Shown: positions 33,448 to 43,493, numbered from the stretch's first letter. The stretch: 64,000 nucleotides of DNA from Christensenellales bacterium (GCA_050945835.1 JBMNTR010000005.1:10196-74195), one strand, 5' to 3'. The notes: generated by a model not told the origin, from the sequence alone. A program made the numbers and translations.

Positions 33448-34323
33448 TTATTCGATCGCCAATATGGCCATGCCCGCCAGCATCATGGCCACCATGCCAT
33501 ATTGCTTCGCAGTCAGCTTCTCCTTGAGGAAAATGCGTGACAATATGACGGAAACAGCCGCAAACGCCGCGATGAAAGGCGATGCCAGCGCCGCGTCGCC
33601 AAACGCGAACGCATACACAAACGTAAACTGCCCGGCTGTCTCCACCAGGCTGCCCGCGACCTTACGCCTGTTGGAAAAAAAGCGGTATCCTCTGTGGCGC
33701 GTCTTTAATGCGATGTAGCAGACCACGCCCACCAGCAGATAGATCAGCCCGTAGGAGACGATGACCTCCTCTGCCAGCAGCGTGTCGTCCAGCACATAGT
33801 CATCCAGAAAAGAACCGACACCGTCCAGCACGAAATACAGCAGCGCAAACCCCACGCCCTTGATATACGCCCTGCGGCGCGCTTCACGCGAATCGATGCG
33901 GCTGAAACCCTCCTCCTTTTCAAAAGACAACACCACCAGCCCCACCACGATGAGCGCAATGCCGCCGATTTGCAGCCAAGTCACCTGCTGATTGAGCACG
34001 AATATGCAGAGCAGCGTGGTGAGCAGACAGGATGAGTTCGCGATAGGCGACGCGATGGAGATCTTGATCTTGGGCATCGCCTTGTAATAGAAGAGCATGG
34101 ACGTGATATAGATGGTCGCGATGGGCAAATACGTCAAAATCGCCTGCAGGGTGATGCTGCCGCCTATGATCAGCATGTAGAGCAGCGAACAAACGCCGAG
34201 TATGATGCCGTTGTAGGCCAGCAGGCGCAGCACGCTGTTGGCGTCGTCGGACGCCGCACTTTTGAATATCACATCGGATGTACCCCATAAGAGCACGGTG
34301 AGTATGGAAAACAAGAGCCACAT
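33448..34323 (-). CDS. EamA/DMT-family transporter
   Basis: Two 5-TM repeats, LWG near the N-terminus, FLKEKL near the C-terminus. Confidence 0.8.
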   Translation of the reverse strand: MWLLFSILTVLLWGTSDVIFKSAASDDANSVLRLLAYNGIILGVCSLLYMLIIGGSITLQAILTYLPIATIYITSMLFYYKAMPKIKISIASPIANSSCLLTTLLCIFVLNQQVTWLQIGGIALIVVGLVVLSFEKEEGFSRIDSREARRRAYIKGVGFALLYFVLDGVGSFLDDYVLDDTLLAEEVIVSYGLIYLLVGVVCYIALKTRHRGYRFFSNRRKVAGSLVETAGQFTFVYAFAFGDAALASPFIAAFAAVSVILSRIFLKEKLTAKQYGMVAMMLAGMAILAIE

Positions 34324-34459
34324 TTTTTCTTCCCCCTCCATTATAAAAAGCCGAAAAAAAAGCCGTTTACGGCTTATTTATGTAATTTTTGCAACACCAA
34401 CTTCCCCACGGCGCAAAAGCACGCGCCCGGCCCCGCGGAAAAGAAGTGCTGTTCTTGCT

Positions 34460-35776
34460 TTATTCGCGGATTCTGCTCACCAGATCGTTTACCGTGCTCT
34501 TGAAATCCGCGTTTTTCTCTATCATGGCGCTGATCGTCTTGCACGCGTGTATGACCGTCGAATGGTCCTTGCCGCCAAACTCACGGCCGATGCTCTTCAA
34601 GGGCAGATCCGTCAACTCGCGCGCAAGGTACATGGCGATCTGCCGGGGAAAAGCGATCTCCTGCGGCTTCTTCTTGGCCTTGAACGCCTCCAGCGGGATG
34701 TTGTAATGCTCCCCCACCACCTGCTGTATAAAAGGTATGTTGATCTCATGCTTGCCCTTCTTGGGGAAATAATCGCGCAGCGCTTCCTCCACCAGGCTTA
34801 GATCCGGCAGTCTTTTCACCAGCGAAGCATACGCCATCACACGGGTCAGCGAGCCCTCCAGCTCTCTTATATTGGATTCCACATGATTTGCGATGAATTG
34901 CAGCACATCGTCCCCCACCTCCATGTTTTCCGTGAGCGCGCGCTTTCTTAAAATGGCCACCCGTGTTTCAAAATCCGGGCGCTGAATATCCGCGACCAAG
35001 CCCCATTCAAAGCGCGAGCGCAAACGCTCCTCCAGCGTGGGGATCTCTTTGGGCGGCTTGTCCGACGAGATGATGATCTGCTTGTTGGCTTCGTGCAGCG
35101 TGTTGAACGTGTGGAAGAACTCCTCCTGCGTGCTCTCCTTGTTCGCGATAAACTGTATGTCGTCCACCAGCAGCACATCCGCGTTGCGGTACTGCTCCCT
35201 GAACTGCACGGTGGTCGCCGTCTGTATGGCGGTGATGAGGTCGTTGGTAAACTTTTCGCTGGTCACATACACGATCTGTGCCATAGGGTCCTGCCTGCGT
35301 ATAAAGTGGCCTATGGCGTGCATCAGATGCGTCTTGCCCAGGCCCACGCCGCCATAGAGAAACAGTGGATTATAGGCTTCGCTGGGTGCCTCCGCAACGG
35401 CCAAAGACGCCGCATGCGCAAAGCGGTTGCTGTTGCCTATCACAAAGGTTTCGAATGTATACTTGGGATTGAGCGTAGGCAGGGGCGTGCCCGCGCGGGG
35501 CAGGGGCTGCTGCGCCTTTTCTTCGTCGGATACAGGCAATGTGAAGCAGATGGTCACATGCTGGCCGGATGTTTCGCGCACAGCGTCTTCCAGCAGGCTT
35601 AAGTAACGCTTTTTGAGCATATTCATGTGGATTTCCTGCGGTACCTGCAGCACCAATTCGCCGTCCTTTAAAGAGATGGGCTTTATCACATCATTCACCC
35701 ATGTCTTGTAGCTCATTTCCGTCATATTATCCCGGATGTATGCCAGCGCGCCATCCCATACATTAAAAACCGCCAA
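34460..35776 (-). CDS. dnaA: Chromosomal replication initiator DnaA
   Basis: YTFETFVIG, GGVGLGKTHL, VDDIQF, RLRSRFEWG, GGKDHSTVIHA. Confidence 0.98.
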   Translation of the reverse strand: MAVFNVWDGALAYIRDNMTEMSYKTWVNDVIKPISLKDGELVLQVPQEIHMNMLKKRYLSLLEDAVRETSGQHVTICFTLPVSDEEKAQQPLPRAGTPLPTLNPKYTFETFVIGNSNRFAHAASLAVAEAPSEAYNPLFLYGGVGLGKTHLMHAIGHFIRRQDPMAQIVYVTSEKFTNDLITAIQTATTVQFREQYRNADVLLVDDIQFIANKESTQEEFFHTFNTLHEANKQIIISSDKPPKEIPTLEERLRSRFEWGLVADIQRPDFETRVAILRKRALTENMEVGDDVLQFIANHVESNIRELEGSLTRVMAYASLVKRLPDLSLVEEALRDYFPKKGKHEINIPFIQQVVGEHYNIPLEAFKAKKKPQEIAFPRQIAMYLARELTDLPLKSIGREFGGKDHSTVIHACKTISAMIEKNADFKSTVNDLVSRIRE

Positions 35777-35900
35777 TTTCCCGACTCCCTTTCAGTTGTT
35801 AAGCCAAATCAATCAAATTAAAGACTGGAAAGTAATTATATAACAGCCCCCCGCGCTTTTCAATGACCATACTCTATCTTTTTTGAATCAGGGGGATTTT

Positions 35901-36114
35901 TTATTCACATATTTGTGCGAGTTTTCTGCTGCCGCACTGCCGGGTTATCCACTTTTTTATCCACCGTTGTGGATAACTTTGTGCCTGATACCTGCCTGCG
36001 GACTGCGGTTTGAAGGTGCTTTTACCGCTCGATGTCTTATCATATCAAAATAATTGTGGGTAAACAAGAGGGTGTGGGTAAGTTATTCACAATCGCGCGC
36101 CTAAATGTGCATAA
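35901..36114. promoter_or_regulatory. DnaA-box cluster upstream of dnaA (8 boxes)
   Basis: TTATTCACA 35901, TTATCCACT 35945, TTATCCACC 35957, TGTGGATAA 35968, TGTGGGTAA 36055 and 36073, TTATTCACA 36083, TGTGCATAA 36106. Confidence 0.9.
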
Positions 36115-36246
36115 CTCCTTCGGGCCGCTATTCTGCACTTCTTTTTCGAAATTTACGTATGCCGCCCTTTACAACCTGCTGCCCGATGCCATATGCTTCC
36201 TTTTATGCGAATCCCTTTTATGACGCCGTTTGTTGGCCCGGCATGG

Positions 36247-36276
36247 TTGACATCACGCTGCTGTTTTCATTATAAT
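36247..36276 (+). promoter_or_regulatory. SigA promoter of alaS
   Basis: TTGACA(36247)-N18-TATAAT(36271). Confidence 0.7.
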
Positions 36277-36376
36277 GTTCCCGTTGGGCTGTACACAGTC
36301 GTCATCGAATTTTTTGTTTTTGTGAACTGTTGTTCGCCCTTTATATCAATCCCCACCCGAAAGGAACGAATAGAAA

Positions 36377-38155
36377 TTGAAATCTTATGAATTGCGTGAA
36401 AAATATCTGTCATTTTTCCGTTCGAAGGGACATGCCATCATCAAGAGCGCATCCCTGCTCCCCGAAAACGACCCGACCGTGCTGTTTACAACGGCAGGCA
36501 TGCATCCTTTGGTGCCCTATCTGATGGGCGAAAAGCATCCCATGGGCAAGCGGCTCGCAAACGTGCAGAAATGTGTGCGCACCGGCGATATCGACGAAGT
36601 GGGGGATGCTTCGCATTCCACCTTTTTTGAAATGCTGGGCAACTGGTCGCTGGGAGACTATTTTAAAAAAGAAGCCATCGAATACAGTTGGGAATTCTTA
36701 ACGAGCAAGGATTACTTGGGCTTAGATCCTTCCATACTCTATTTCACCGTGTTCGCAGGCGACGAGGATGCCCCCCGCGATCTAGAATCCTACGAGATCT
36801 GGCGCTCCTTGGGCGTTGAAGACAGCCACATCTTCTTCTTGCCCAAAGAATATAACTGGTGGGGCCCCGCGGGGCAGACCGGCCCTTGCGGACCGGATAC
36901 CGAGATGTTCATCGATACGAAAAAACCTGCCTGCTCGCCGGGCTGCGATCCCTCCTGCTCCTGCGGGAAATATCTTGAGATCTGGAACGATGTGTTCATG
37001 CAGTACAACAAGACGGCAGCGGGCACATATGAGCCCCTTTCGCAGCAAAACGTGGACACCGGCATGGGGTTGGACCGTGTGATCGCCATATTGCAGGGCA
37101 AACAATCCGTTTATGAAACAGACGTGTATGCCTCCTGTATGGCCGCCATTTCACAGCTTAGCGGCAAAAGCTACGGCGACAGCGATGAGATCACGCGCGC
37201 TTTTCGCATCGTGGCCGACCATATCCGCTGCGCGACCTTCATGCTGGGCGACGAAAACGGCATTACGCCCTCCAATGTGGACCAGGGCTATGTGCTGCGC
37301 CGCCTGATCCGGCGCGCGGTGCGCTACGCGCTGCAGCTGGGCATTCCCGAAGGCAATCTGACACACATCGCCGAGCCCGTCATCGCGCAGTATGAAGACG
37401 TTTATACCGAGTTGAGGCAAAACCGGGACAAGATCCTCAGCGAGCTTCGAATGGAGGAGGAGCGCTTCCAGCGCACGCTCAAGCAGGGTATGCGTGAATT
37501 TGAAAAGCTGAGTGCGCGCTTAAAAGGCACGGTGATCGACGGCATCAACGCGTTCAGGCTTTACGATACGTTTGGCTTCCCATTGGAGTTTACGCTGGAG
37601 CTGGCGGAGGAAAAAGGCCTGACGGTGGACGAAGCAGGCTTTCACGCGCGCTTTAAAGAACACCAAAAAGCTTCCCAGGCGGGTGCCGAGCAACGCTTTA
37701 AGGGCGGGCTGGCCGACACAGGCGAACAAACCGCCAAGCTGCACACCGCGACCCATCTGCTGCAAGCGGCGCTGCGCAAGGTGCTGGACGAGAACGTCAC
37801 CCAAAAGGGCAGCAACATCACGGCGGAGCGTCTGCGTTTCGACTTCTCTTTCCCGCGCAAGGTGACCAAGGAGGAGCTGGCGCAAATACAGGCGTTTGTG
37901 AATGAAGCGATCGCGGCGGGCGTGTCCGTCACCGTAGACGAGATGAGCGTGGACGAAGCAAAGGCGGCGGGCGCCATCGGGCTGTTCGAATCGAAATACG
38001 GCGAGAAGGTCAAGGTTTATACCATTCAGGACTACTCCTGCGAAATCTGCGGCGGGCCGCATGCTGTAAACACCGCCGATCTGGGTACATTCCGCATACA
38101 GAAGGAGGAAAGCTCCTCTGCGGGTGTGCGGCGCATCAAGGCCGTGCTGGAGTAG
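36377..38155 (+). CDS. alaS: Alanine--tRNA ligase, short form (592 aa, no C-Ala domain)
   Basis: FTTAGM, HSTFFEMLGN, EIWNDVFMQY, VDTGMG, editing motifs HTATH and CGGPH; ends GVRRIKAVLE. Confidence 0.95.
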   Translation: MKSYELREKYLSFFRSKGHAIIKSASLLPENDPTVLFTTAGMHPLVPYLMGEKHPMGKRLANVQKCVRTGDIDEVGDASHSTFFEMLGNWSLGDYFKKEAIEYSWEFLTSKDYLGLDPSILYFTVFAGDEDAPRDLESYEIWRSLGVEDSHIFFLPKEYNWWGPAGQTGPCGPDTEMFIDTKKPACSPGCDPSCSCGKYLEIWNDVFMQYNKTAAGTYEPLSQQNVDTGMGLDRVIAILQGKQSVYETDVYASCMAAISQLSGKSYGDSDEITRAFRIVADHIRCATFMLGDENGITPSNVDQGYVLRRLIRRAVRYALQLGIPEGNLTHIAEPVIAQYEDVYTELRQNRDKILSELRMEEERFQRTLKQGMREFEKLSARLKGTVIDGINAFRLYDTFGFPLEFTLELAEEKGLTVDEAGFHARFKEHQKASQAGAEQRFKGGLADTGEQTAKLHTATHLLQAALRKVLDENVTQKGSNITAERLRFDFSFPRKVTKEELAQIQAFVNEAIAAGVSVTVDEMSVDEAKAAGAIGLFESKYGEKVKVYTIQDYSCEICGGPHAVNTADLGTFRIQKEESSSAGVRRIKAVLE

Positions 38156-38211
38156 AGACAGCGGCGCGCAGCGCATCTTCTAACAGCATATAGCCGTGCG
38201 AGTCGTTACGG

Positions 38212-38238
38212 AAAGGCGGTATGAAAATACCGCCTTTT
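38212..38238 (+). terminator. Intrinsic terminator after alaS
   Basis: AAAGGCGGTAT-GAAA-ATACCGCCTTTT. Confidence 0.75.
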
Positions 38239-38315
38239 ATAAAGCGCTGCGCCGCTTGGCCTCTCTAAGCACAGGCCTTGACAAATGGGATTTTATACGC
38301 ATACCCGGGAAATAT

Positions 38316-38331
38316 TGTTTCACGTGAAACA
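38316..38331. promoter_or_regulatory. parS: parS site 1
   Basis: Perfect TGTTTCACGTGAAACA palindrome upstream of parA. Confidence 0.95.
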
Positions 38332-38378
38332 TATACACCGCGTACATATGCAGCCTTTTATAGCTGTCATCACCGGAT

Positions 38379-38394
38379 TGTTTCACGTGAAACA
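38379..38394. promoter_or_regulatory. parS: parS site 2
   Basis: Second perfect TGTTTCACGTGAAACA, 63 bp downstream of the first. Confidence 0.95.
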
Positions 38395-38476
38395 TAATTT
38401 TGTCTTTTCCTTTCCAGATCCTTCCTATATAATAGATGCAACGGCGCACAGCCGCCACTTAAAAAGGAGTAATAGC

Positions 38477-39268
38477 ATGTCCAGGATCATAGCCATTGCC
38501 AATCAAAAAGGCGGGGTGGGGAAGACCACCACCAACGTCAATCTGTCTGCCTGTGTGGCCGCGCAAGGGCAGCGCGTGCTCACCATAGACATCGACCCGC
38601 AGGGAAACACCACCAGCGGGCTGGGGCTCAACAAAAGCGAGATACAGGATTCCATGTATGATGTGCTCATCAACGAGCGCCCCATCGAGGAGATCATACT
38701 GCCCACCGTGCAGGAAAATCTGTTCATCGCGCCCTCCAGCATCGCGCTGGCCGGGGCGGAGGTGGAGCTGGTGTCCATGATGGCGCGGGAGCACATACTG
38801 AAAAACGCGCTTGCGCCTATAGTGGAAGACTACGATTTCATATTGATCGACTGCCCGCCGTCTTTAGGGTTGATCACGCTCAACGCTTTAACGGCCGCAA
38901 ACCGGCTGCTCGTGCCCATACAATGTGAATATTACGCGCTGGAAGGGCTTTCACAGCTGATGAATACCGTGAGCATCGTGAAAAAACGCCTGAATCCGGA
39001 GCTGGACGTGGAGGGCGTGGTGCTCACCATGTTCGACGGACGCACAAACCTGTCCGTGCAGGTGGTGGATGAAGTGAAGAAATACTTTAAAAACAAGGTC
39101 TATACCACCATCATCCCCCGAAATGTCCGCCTAGGGGAAGCGCCCAGCCACGGATTGCCCATCATACAGTATGATCCGTCCTGCACGGGGGCGGAAGCGT
39201 ATACGGATTTAGCGGAAGAATTGGTTGAAACATGGGAGGAGGACGATGATGACGACAAGATCTTCTAA
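38477..39268 (+). CDS. parA: Chromosome partitioning ATPase ParA/Soj
   Basis: NQKGGVGKTTT, DIDPQGN, IDCPPSLG, IPRNVRLGEAPSHG; AAGGAG before ATG 38477. Confidence 0.96.
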   Translation: MSRIIAIANQKGGVGKTTTNVNLSACVAAQGQRVLTIDIDPQGNTTSGLGLNKSEIQDSMYDVLINERPIEEIILPTVQENLFIAPSSIALAGAEVELVSMMAREHILKNALAPIVEDYDFILIDCPPSLGLITLNALTAANRLLVPIQCEYYALEGLSQLMNTVSIVKKRLNPELDVEGVVLTMFDGRTNLSVQVVDEVKKYFKNKVYTTIIPRNVRLGEAPSHGLPIIQYDPSCTGAEAYTDLAEELVETWEEDDDDDKIF

Positions 39269-40106
39269 AGCAAAGGGTCTGGGCAAGGGGCTTGGCGCCC
39301 TGCTCGCAGACAATGCGCCGTCCGGCGGGCAGGAGGAAGTGGAAATCACCCTGATCGATCCCAACCGTTCTCAGGCGCGCAAAACCTTTGACGACGCTTC
39401 GCTTCAAGAGCTGAGCGCCTCCATCGCACAGCATGGCGTGGTGCAGCCCGTGATATTGAAGCCAGCAGAAAACGGCCGGTATCTGCTCATCGCGGGGGAG
39501 CGCCGGTGGCGTGCGGCCCGCAAGGCCGGGCTGAGGACAATTCCCGCCGTCATCAAGAATGTAGACAGCCGCGAGCTGATGGAATTAAGCCTGATTGAAA
39601 ACCTCCAGCGTCAGGATTTAAACCCGTTGGAGGAGGCCGAAGGCATCAAGACGCTCATGGACGAACACCAGCTCACACAGGAGCAGGTGTCTCTGCGCCT
39701 GGGTAAAAGCCGGCCGTATATCGCGAATACGCTGCGCCTGCTCACGCTCTCGGGCCCGGTCACGGACGCGCTGCGCGACGGCAGCATCAGCGCAGGTCAT
39801 GCACGCTGCATGGTGCCCTTGGATGCCGCAACACAGGAACGTTTGTGCGCTGTTGTGGTCGAGCAGGGGCTCAGTGTGCGCCAAACGGAAGCACTCGCGA
39901 AAAACGTTGCCGAAAAACCCTCGCAATCCAGACAAAAACGCCCCGTCCTGCCCGAGATACTCGAGGTAGAGACCATGCTGCGCGAATTTTTGGGTACGCG
40001 TGTGAAGCTCACAGGCAGCCCCAAGCGCGGGCGGATTCTCATCGAATACTACAGCACAGACGAGCTGGAAGGCATTTTAGAACGGCTGAATCTGCCGGAG
40101 CATTGA
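39246..40106 (+). CDS. parB: Chromosome partitioning protein ParB/Spo0J
   Basis: GLGKGLGAL, AGERRWRA, ENLQRQDL, GKSRPYIANTLRLL, GHAR. Confidence 0.96.
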   Translation: MMTTRSSKAKGLGKGLGALLADNAPSGGQEEVEITLIDPNRSQARKTFDDASLQELSASIAQHGVVQPVILKPAENGRYLLIAGERRWRAARKAGLRTIPAVIKNVDSRELMELSLIENLQRQDLNPLEEAEGIKTLMDEHQLTQEQVSLRLGKSRPYIANTLRLLTLSGPVTDALRDGSISAGHARCMVPLDAATQERLCAVVVEQGLSVRQTEALAKNVAEKPSQSRQKRPVLPEILEVETMLREFLGTRVKLTGSPKRGRILIEYYSTDELEGILERLNLPEH

Positions 40107-40196
40107 TCCTATAAGGAAACGTTGGGGGGGTTCTCACTTATATCGCTCATTTTAACCTTTAGGACAGAACAAATTTTATCATTTCGGGGGTGTAAA

Positions 40197-40814
40197 ATGA
40201 AACGAATACTCTTGCTGTCGCTCGTGTTGCTTTTTTTGCTTTCAATGGCAAGCTGTGCGCCTGCTGAAAGCGATCAGCCCGCAGAACCCGATACAGCGTT
40301 AGGGGAGCCAATCCCTTCTCCGACGCCTACGCCTAGCCCGACTCCCGCGCCAACCCCTACGCCCGGCCCTACTCCTAAGCTCACGCCGACACCTACGCCC
40401 AGCCCTACTCCTAAGCTCACGCCGACATCTACGCCAATGCCCACTCCTACGCCTACATCTGCACTTGCCATAGATCACACGCCTGCACCAAGCGCAAGTG
40501 TAAACGATACACAGAGTTCGCCGGCGCCAAAAGCCAGCCCAAGCGATGTGCAGAGTCCGCCGGAAGAGCCCACGTCAACGACCCGTTCTGTTGAGACATC
40601 TCCCGGTCCTACACCTGAGCAAAAGCCTGATTCTACAAAAGCCCCGGCCGAAGAATCTGAGCCCAACAAAGTTGGAGGGCCTGTTTTTTGGACACCAGAA
40701 GGCAAAAAGTATCATTCAACACGAAGCTGCCCGACTTTGAGCCGATCTAAAACGATCCAAAGCGGTTCGGTGGCTGAGGCCGCAGGGCGGGATGCCTGTA
40801 AGGTTTGTCATTAA
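40197..40814 (+). CDS. Pro/Thr-rich lipoprotein with C-terminal His/Cys metal-binding-like module
   Basis: Lipobox MASC; long PT linker; C-terminal WTPEGKKYHSTRSC...ACKVC. Confidence 0.7.
   Translation: MKRILLLSLVLLFLLSMASCAPAESDQPAEPDTALGEPIPSPTPTPSPTPAPTPTPGPTPKLTPTPTPSPTPKLTPTSTPMPTPTPTSALAIDHTPAPSASVNDTQSSPAPKASPSDVQSPPEEPTSTTRSVETSPGPTPEQKPDSTKAPAEESEPNKVGGPVFWTPEGKKYHSTRSCPTLSRSKTIQSGSVAEAAGRDACKVCH
40356..40427 (+). repeat. 36-bp in-frame tandem duplication in the PT linker
   Basis: CCTACGCCC(G/A)GCCCTACTCCTAAGCTCACGCCGACA twice. Confidence 0.85.
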
Positions 40815-40909
40815 GCCTTCCGGCTGTTTGCATCCATCCCACAAAAAATCCATTTAAATGGATAGATCAATAGATATATGTACAGCCGATCCTGTTTTTT
40901 GCATACGAA

Positions 40910-40936
40910 AACGGGCAAGGATTTTCCTTGCCCGTT
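40910..40936. terminator. Intrinsic terminator between convergent genes
   Basis: AACGGGCAAGG-GATTTT-CCTTGCCCGTT. Confidence 0.7.
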
Positions 40937-40965
40937 CGCATCTTCTTTTCAGTTTCTAAAGCGCG

Positions 40966-42021
40966 TTAAAATTCCGTGGGGCAGATGATGACCTTGATGG
41001 CCTCGCCCTTGCGCAGAAGATCCAGCCCTTTTTCGTATTCGTCCAGCGGGAATACGTGTGTCGCGATCTCATCCAGCGGCAGAATACCGCTCTCTATAAT
41101 GCGCGCCGTCTTTTCGAAATAGTATTTCCCCAGGAATCCGCCGTAAATCTGTGCTTCCTTGCGCACGATTTCCGCGAGTTTGATGGGCGGTTCGGCGGTT
41201 TCGTCGTGGCCAAACATCAGCACCTTGCCGTTGGGGCGGATCATATCGATGGCTGTCATCAGCATCTGGCCGACCGCCTCGATGCAGTGGTCCACGCCTA
41301 AGTTGTTGGTGGCTTCCAGCACGACCTGTTTAAGATCCTGCTCCTTCGGGTTCACCACGATGTCGGCGCCCACTTTGAGCGCTTTTCCGCGCCTGTACTG
41401 GTAAGGCTCGGACACGATGACGGTGGAAGCGCCATTGGCCTTGGCCAGCGCCGTAAACAGCAGGCCGATGGGCCCTGCGCCCAGCACGCAAACCGTGTCG
41501 CCCGCCTGGATACCCAGCTTTTCGATGGCATAGCCTGTGCAGGACAGCGGCTCAGCCAAAGCGGCTTCCTTGATGGGTGTGCCCTTCTTCAGCTTAAAAA
41601 CGGAATGCGCGGGTACAGCAGTATAGCTTGCCAGCGCGCCGTCCTGGAAAAGGCCGCGTGTCGCCGCATGCTCGGCGTTTTCGCCTGTCTGGCAATAGAG
41701 TGTTGAACATTTATCCGGCCTGTCGCTGCGGCAGTGTTCGCAGGAGCCGCAGGGCGGATGCGGGTCTACGATGACCATATCGCCCGGCTTGAGCCAGTTC
41801 ACAGCGGAACCTACTTCCACAACTTCGCCTGTATATTCATGACCGAATATGATATCCCTCGTCGCCGGATGCATGGGGGGATCCATCAGCACATGCAGGT
41901 CCGTCCCGCAAATGCCTACGCCCAGCACCTTCAACAACACATCGTCCGGATTCTTAATTTCAGGCTTCGGCCTTTCTTCAAAGGCATATTCTCCGGGTTT
42001 CTTGAAAACAATCGCTTTCAT
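40966..42021 (-). CDS. Zinc-dependent dehydrogenase (threonine/sorbitol dehydrogenase-like, MDR family)
   Basis: GICGTDLH, GHEYTG, CGSCEHC, AEPLSC, GAGPIG. Confidence 0.88.
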   Translation of the reverse strand: MKAIVFKKPGEYAFEERPKPEIKNPDDVLLKVLGVGICGTDLHVLMDPPMHPATRDIIFGHEYTGEVVEVGSAVNWLKPGDMVIVDPHPPCGSCEHCRSDRPDKCSTLYCQTGENAEHAATRGLFQDGALASYTAVPAHSVFKLKKGTPIKEAALAEPLSCTGYAIEKLGIQAGDTVCVLGAGPIGLLFTALAKANGASTVIVSEPYQYRRGKALKVGADIVVNPKEQDLKQVVLEATNNLGVDHCIEAVGQMLMTAIDMIRPNGKVLMFGHDETAEPPIKLAEIVRKEAQIYGGFLGKYYFEKTARIIESGILPLDEIATHVFPLDEYEKGLDLLRKGEAIKVIICPTEF

Positions 42022-42442
42022 GTGATGACCTCCTCAACATATTAAAACTTCGCATTACAAAAGGCCTCCAAGCAAATCCTCCAAGCCGCTGCTCAGGCTA
42101 AAGCGCCCATGCGCACCCGCCGGATATACTGAAACCATCCTCTTGTGCATATATATATAATTATAAGTGATATTCAAAGAAAAAGAAATAGTTTTCACAC
42201 AATTCTATAAAATAGCAATTATGATCTGATAAAGCGGGTTTGGACAACGTATAAACGGGTGCTTGCGCACATACTAATCAATATCGACAAAAGCGAAGAG
42301 CACACAAGTTCTTTGCTTTTCTTTACTCATCATACACAGACGGTATGAAAGGTCTTTATAGAAAATAATGCCTGTCTAGGAATAAAATTCCTGTTGGGCG
42401 TGAATAATGACACTGTAAACAACAAACGGGGGAGATGTGGAT

Positions 42443-43384
42443 ATGGAAAAAAGCATTCTCATACAAAAAGAAAACCGCGGCAAAACAGGCTGGTCGGCGC
42501 AGGAGGAAGCGCTTTTAAAAGCAGAAACAACGCTGGCCCGCGAGGAATGCCGTCCGATAAAAACTGTATTCGAACGCGTGGCCGAAAAAACCGGCCGCAA
42601 GCCGAACAGCGTGCGCAACTACTATTATGCGCGGCTCAAGCAGGCAGGCGAGACGCCCGCAGCCTTTGAGCTTTTCAAGCCTCAGGAAGTGCGCGACATG
42701 CTCAAAACCATACTGGAAGCGCAATCGCGCGGCATGTCTGTGCGCGCATGCACGCTCAAGATGGGCGGCGGCGAAAACAAGGCCATGCTGCGCTACCAGA
42801 ACAAATACAGAAGCGTAATTAAAAACAACCCGGCGCTGGTGTTGGATGTCATCAGCGAGATGCGCCGTGAAAACCGCCCGGTTTTTGACCCATACGAGCA
42901 GGCTTCCCGAAAAAAAGCACGGGGCTCTTTGGAGGATATGGTGCAAAAGCTTGCAAAGAACTTGCAGAACACCGGCACGGACGCGAACACGCTGCTCTCC
43001 TCGCTGTGCCGCTTAAGCGAGATCGCGGCCTCCTCGCAGCAGCTTCGGGCCGGGCTTTTTGAAAAGGAGCGCCAAAGCGCCGAATTGGAAAAACAGCTCG
43101 ATGCGCTGCACACACGGCTGTATCACATAGAAGCCGAATACGCGCGGTTGTCCCAAAGCCTGCATGAGAGCGAAAACCGCCAATCCCTGCAGGACAGCCT
43201 GCTCAGCAGCAACCGTGAGAATCTCACCCGGCTGCTGGGGCTGTTCAGACAGCTGCTGGCGCTCAACAAGGAATTCCTGCAGGCGCCCACCAGTAAGCGT
43301 TCCAAGGCGCTGTCCGATTACACGGCGTCCTTATCCCGCCACACGGAGGATTGTGAGCGGGTGCTCAACACCATCCATATTTAA
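42443..43384 (+). CDS. Putative RsfA/YlbO-like (Myb-like) transcription regulator with coiled coil
   Basis: WSAQEEALL...FERVAEKTGRKPNSVRNYYY resembles the RsfA domain; heptad-rich C-terminus. Confidence 0.55.
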   Translation: MEKSILIQKENRGKTGWSAQEEALLKAETTLAREECRPIKTVFERVAEKTGRKPNSVRNYYYARLKQAGETPAAFELFKPQEVRDMLKTILEAQSRGMSVRACTLKMGGGENKAMLRYQNKYRSVIKNNPALVLDVISEMRRENRPVFDPYEQASRKKARGSLEDMVQKLAKNLQNTGTDANTLLSSLCRLSEIAASSQQLRAGLFEKERQSAELEKQLDALHTRLYHIEAEYARLSQSLHESENRQSLQDSLLSSNRENLTRLLGLFRQLLALNKEFLQAPTSKRSKALSDYTASLSRHTEDCERVLNTIHI

Positions 43385-43457
43385 AAGCATGCCGGTTTGG
43401 GCTGCTATATGCTGCGTTCAATCTTTTTTCACCTATAAGACCATCCGATTGCCTCCT

Positions 43458-43493
43458 TAGTAAAGAAGCCTTCGCGCGAAGGCTTCTTTACTA
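43458..43493. terminator. Perfect 36-bp palindrome (terminator-like)
   Basis: TAGTAAAGAAGCCTTCGC|GCGAAGGCTTCTTTACTA. Confidence 0.7.

Noticed and set aside
36277-36376. T-box riboswitch before alaS
   Set aside because: The leader is only ~100 nt and lacks the GGTGGnACC T-box motif and terminator.
38285-38476. N-terminal extension of ParA with repeated FHVKH
   Set aside because: This is the translation of the two parS palindromes; the real start is ATG 38477.
42249-42276. SigG/SigF promoter (GTATA...CATACTA) upstream of the RsfA-like gene
   Set aside because: The spacing (16 bp) is shorter than expected; suggestive only.
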